From Camelus ferus (Eukaryota), in NCBI RefSeq assembly GCF_009834535.1, contig NC_045697.1:41480001-41544000 (forward strand): a DNA stretch of 64,000 nt, read 5' to 3'. Positions 63,381-64,000 of the stretch are shown in pieces. Position 1 is the first letter of the stretch, and each line of letters begins with the position of its first letter. A program made the translations under genes and the position numbers. The notes under the pieces are model-generated. The model had not been told where the DNA came from. It saw only the letters and a list, made by a program, of their open reading frames with translations, and did not search any database.

Positions 63381-64000
63381 TTGAGGGGAAGACATACTCT
63401 TGAGAGGGGTACGCAGAGAATTAAGAGCTTAGGACATCTTGAGATACTGGGAAGAAGGAAAAGGATACGATGGGAATCATTACATTTACGTGGCTGATTC
63501 AGTTGCTTTGTTAGAGTTCTTCTTTTGTCTACCTATCAAAAATCGAAGCAGGGCAATTTTATTTTCGCAGAAACAAATTATAGTATTGAGGGAAAATCTG
63601 TACTAAAATAGTAACTTCTTTGAGCTTTTTCATTCAAGACAGCATTTATTTTGTAGCTATAAATCCATTTCTAACTGACTGCATCCATTTACATTTGACT
63701 TACACACTTGTTAATTTGTTTCATCTAATAGTCAGCACAGAAGCTTGGGCTTGGAGACCAAAATGGTCCCAACAACCGGGTTCCTCAAATAAATCTGAAT
63801 TCTGATGTAAAGAAAATACAGTACATTAATATATACCCATACCATCAAAGATGCATTTGATCAGGGTTGAAATGAAAAATTTTATAATACAGGGGACAAA
63901 CACTACTTTTTACATTGTGTTTTTAATGCTTTGCATTGTGTCGGTCTGGCAGGCTGACTTCCTAAGTCCTACTAAGCGGCCCAACAAGCAGATTTAATAA

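Noticed and set aside
1..64000. The ORF track as protein-coding genes
   Set aside because: All ORFs are 185 aa or shorter, many have non-ATG starts, low-complexity composition or TE overlap, and none resembles a protein family I recognise apart from L1 remnants.

Overview
This is 64 kb of AT-rich placental-mammal genomic DNA, not prokaryotic sequence. The evidence points to a camelid (camel, alpaca or llama): there is a tRNA-Ala(AGC)-derived vic-1-type SINE with target-site duplications (TSDs), cetartiodactyl-type L1 3' ends, and no recognisable Alu, Bov-tA, PRE-1 or SINEC copies. Much of the window is decayed transposable elements: L2, MIR, old and young L1 fragments, MaLR/ERVL/ERV1 solo LTRs, and hAT DNA transposons resembling MER5, MER20, MER63 and MER119. 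Microsatellites are also present. I could not recognise any protein-coding gene, and the supplied ORFs look like chance or repeat-derived frames. The window may be a long + strand intron: there is a possible donor at position 13 and a possible terminal exon/3' UTR at about 49.27-50.4 kb, but this is unproven and the host gene is unidentified. I see no evidence for a new biological system. The most interesting local structures are: (1) a ~570-bp non-TE-consensus sequence retroposed with poly(A) and TSD into an ERV1 LTR; (2) an old inverted templated copy of a nearby L2 segment; (3) a strong recursive-splice-site-like motif; (4) several repeat-free, motif-rich enhancer candidates; and (5) two 25-bp minisatellites. 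Repeat subfamily names come from recalled consensus similarity and boundaries are approximate unless a TSD is quoted; confirm them with RepeatMasker/Dfam.
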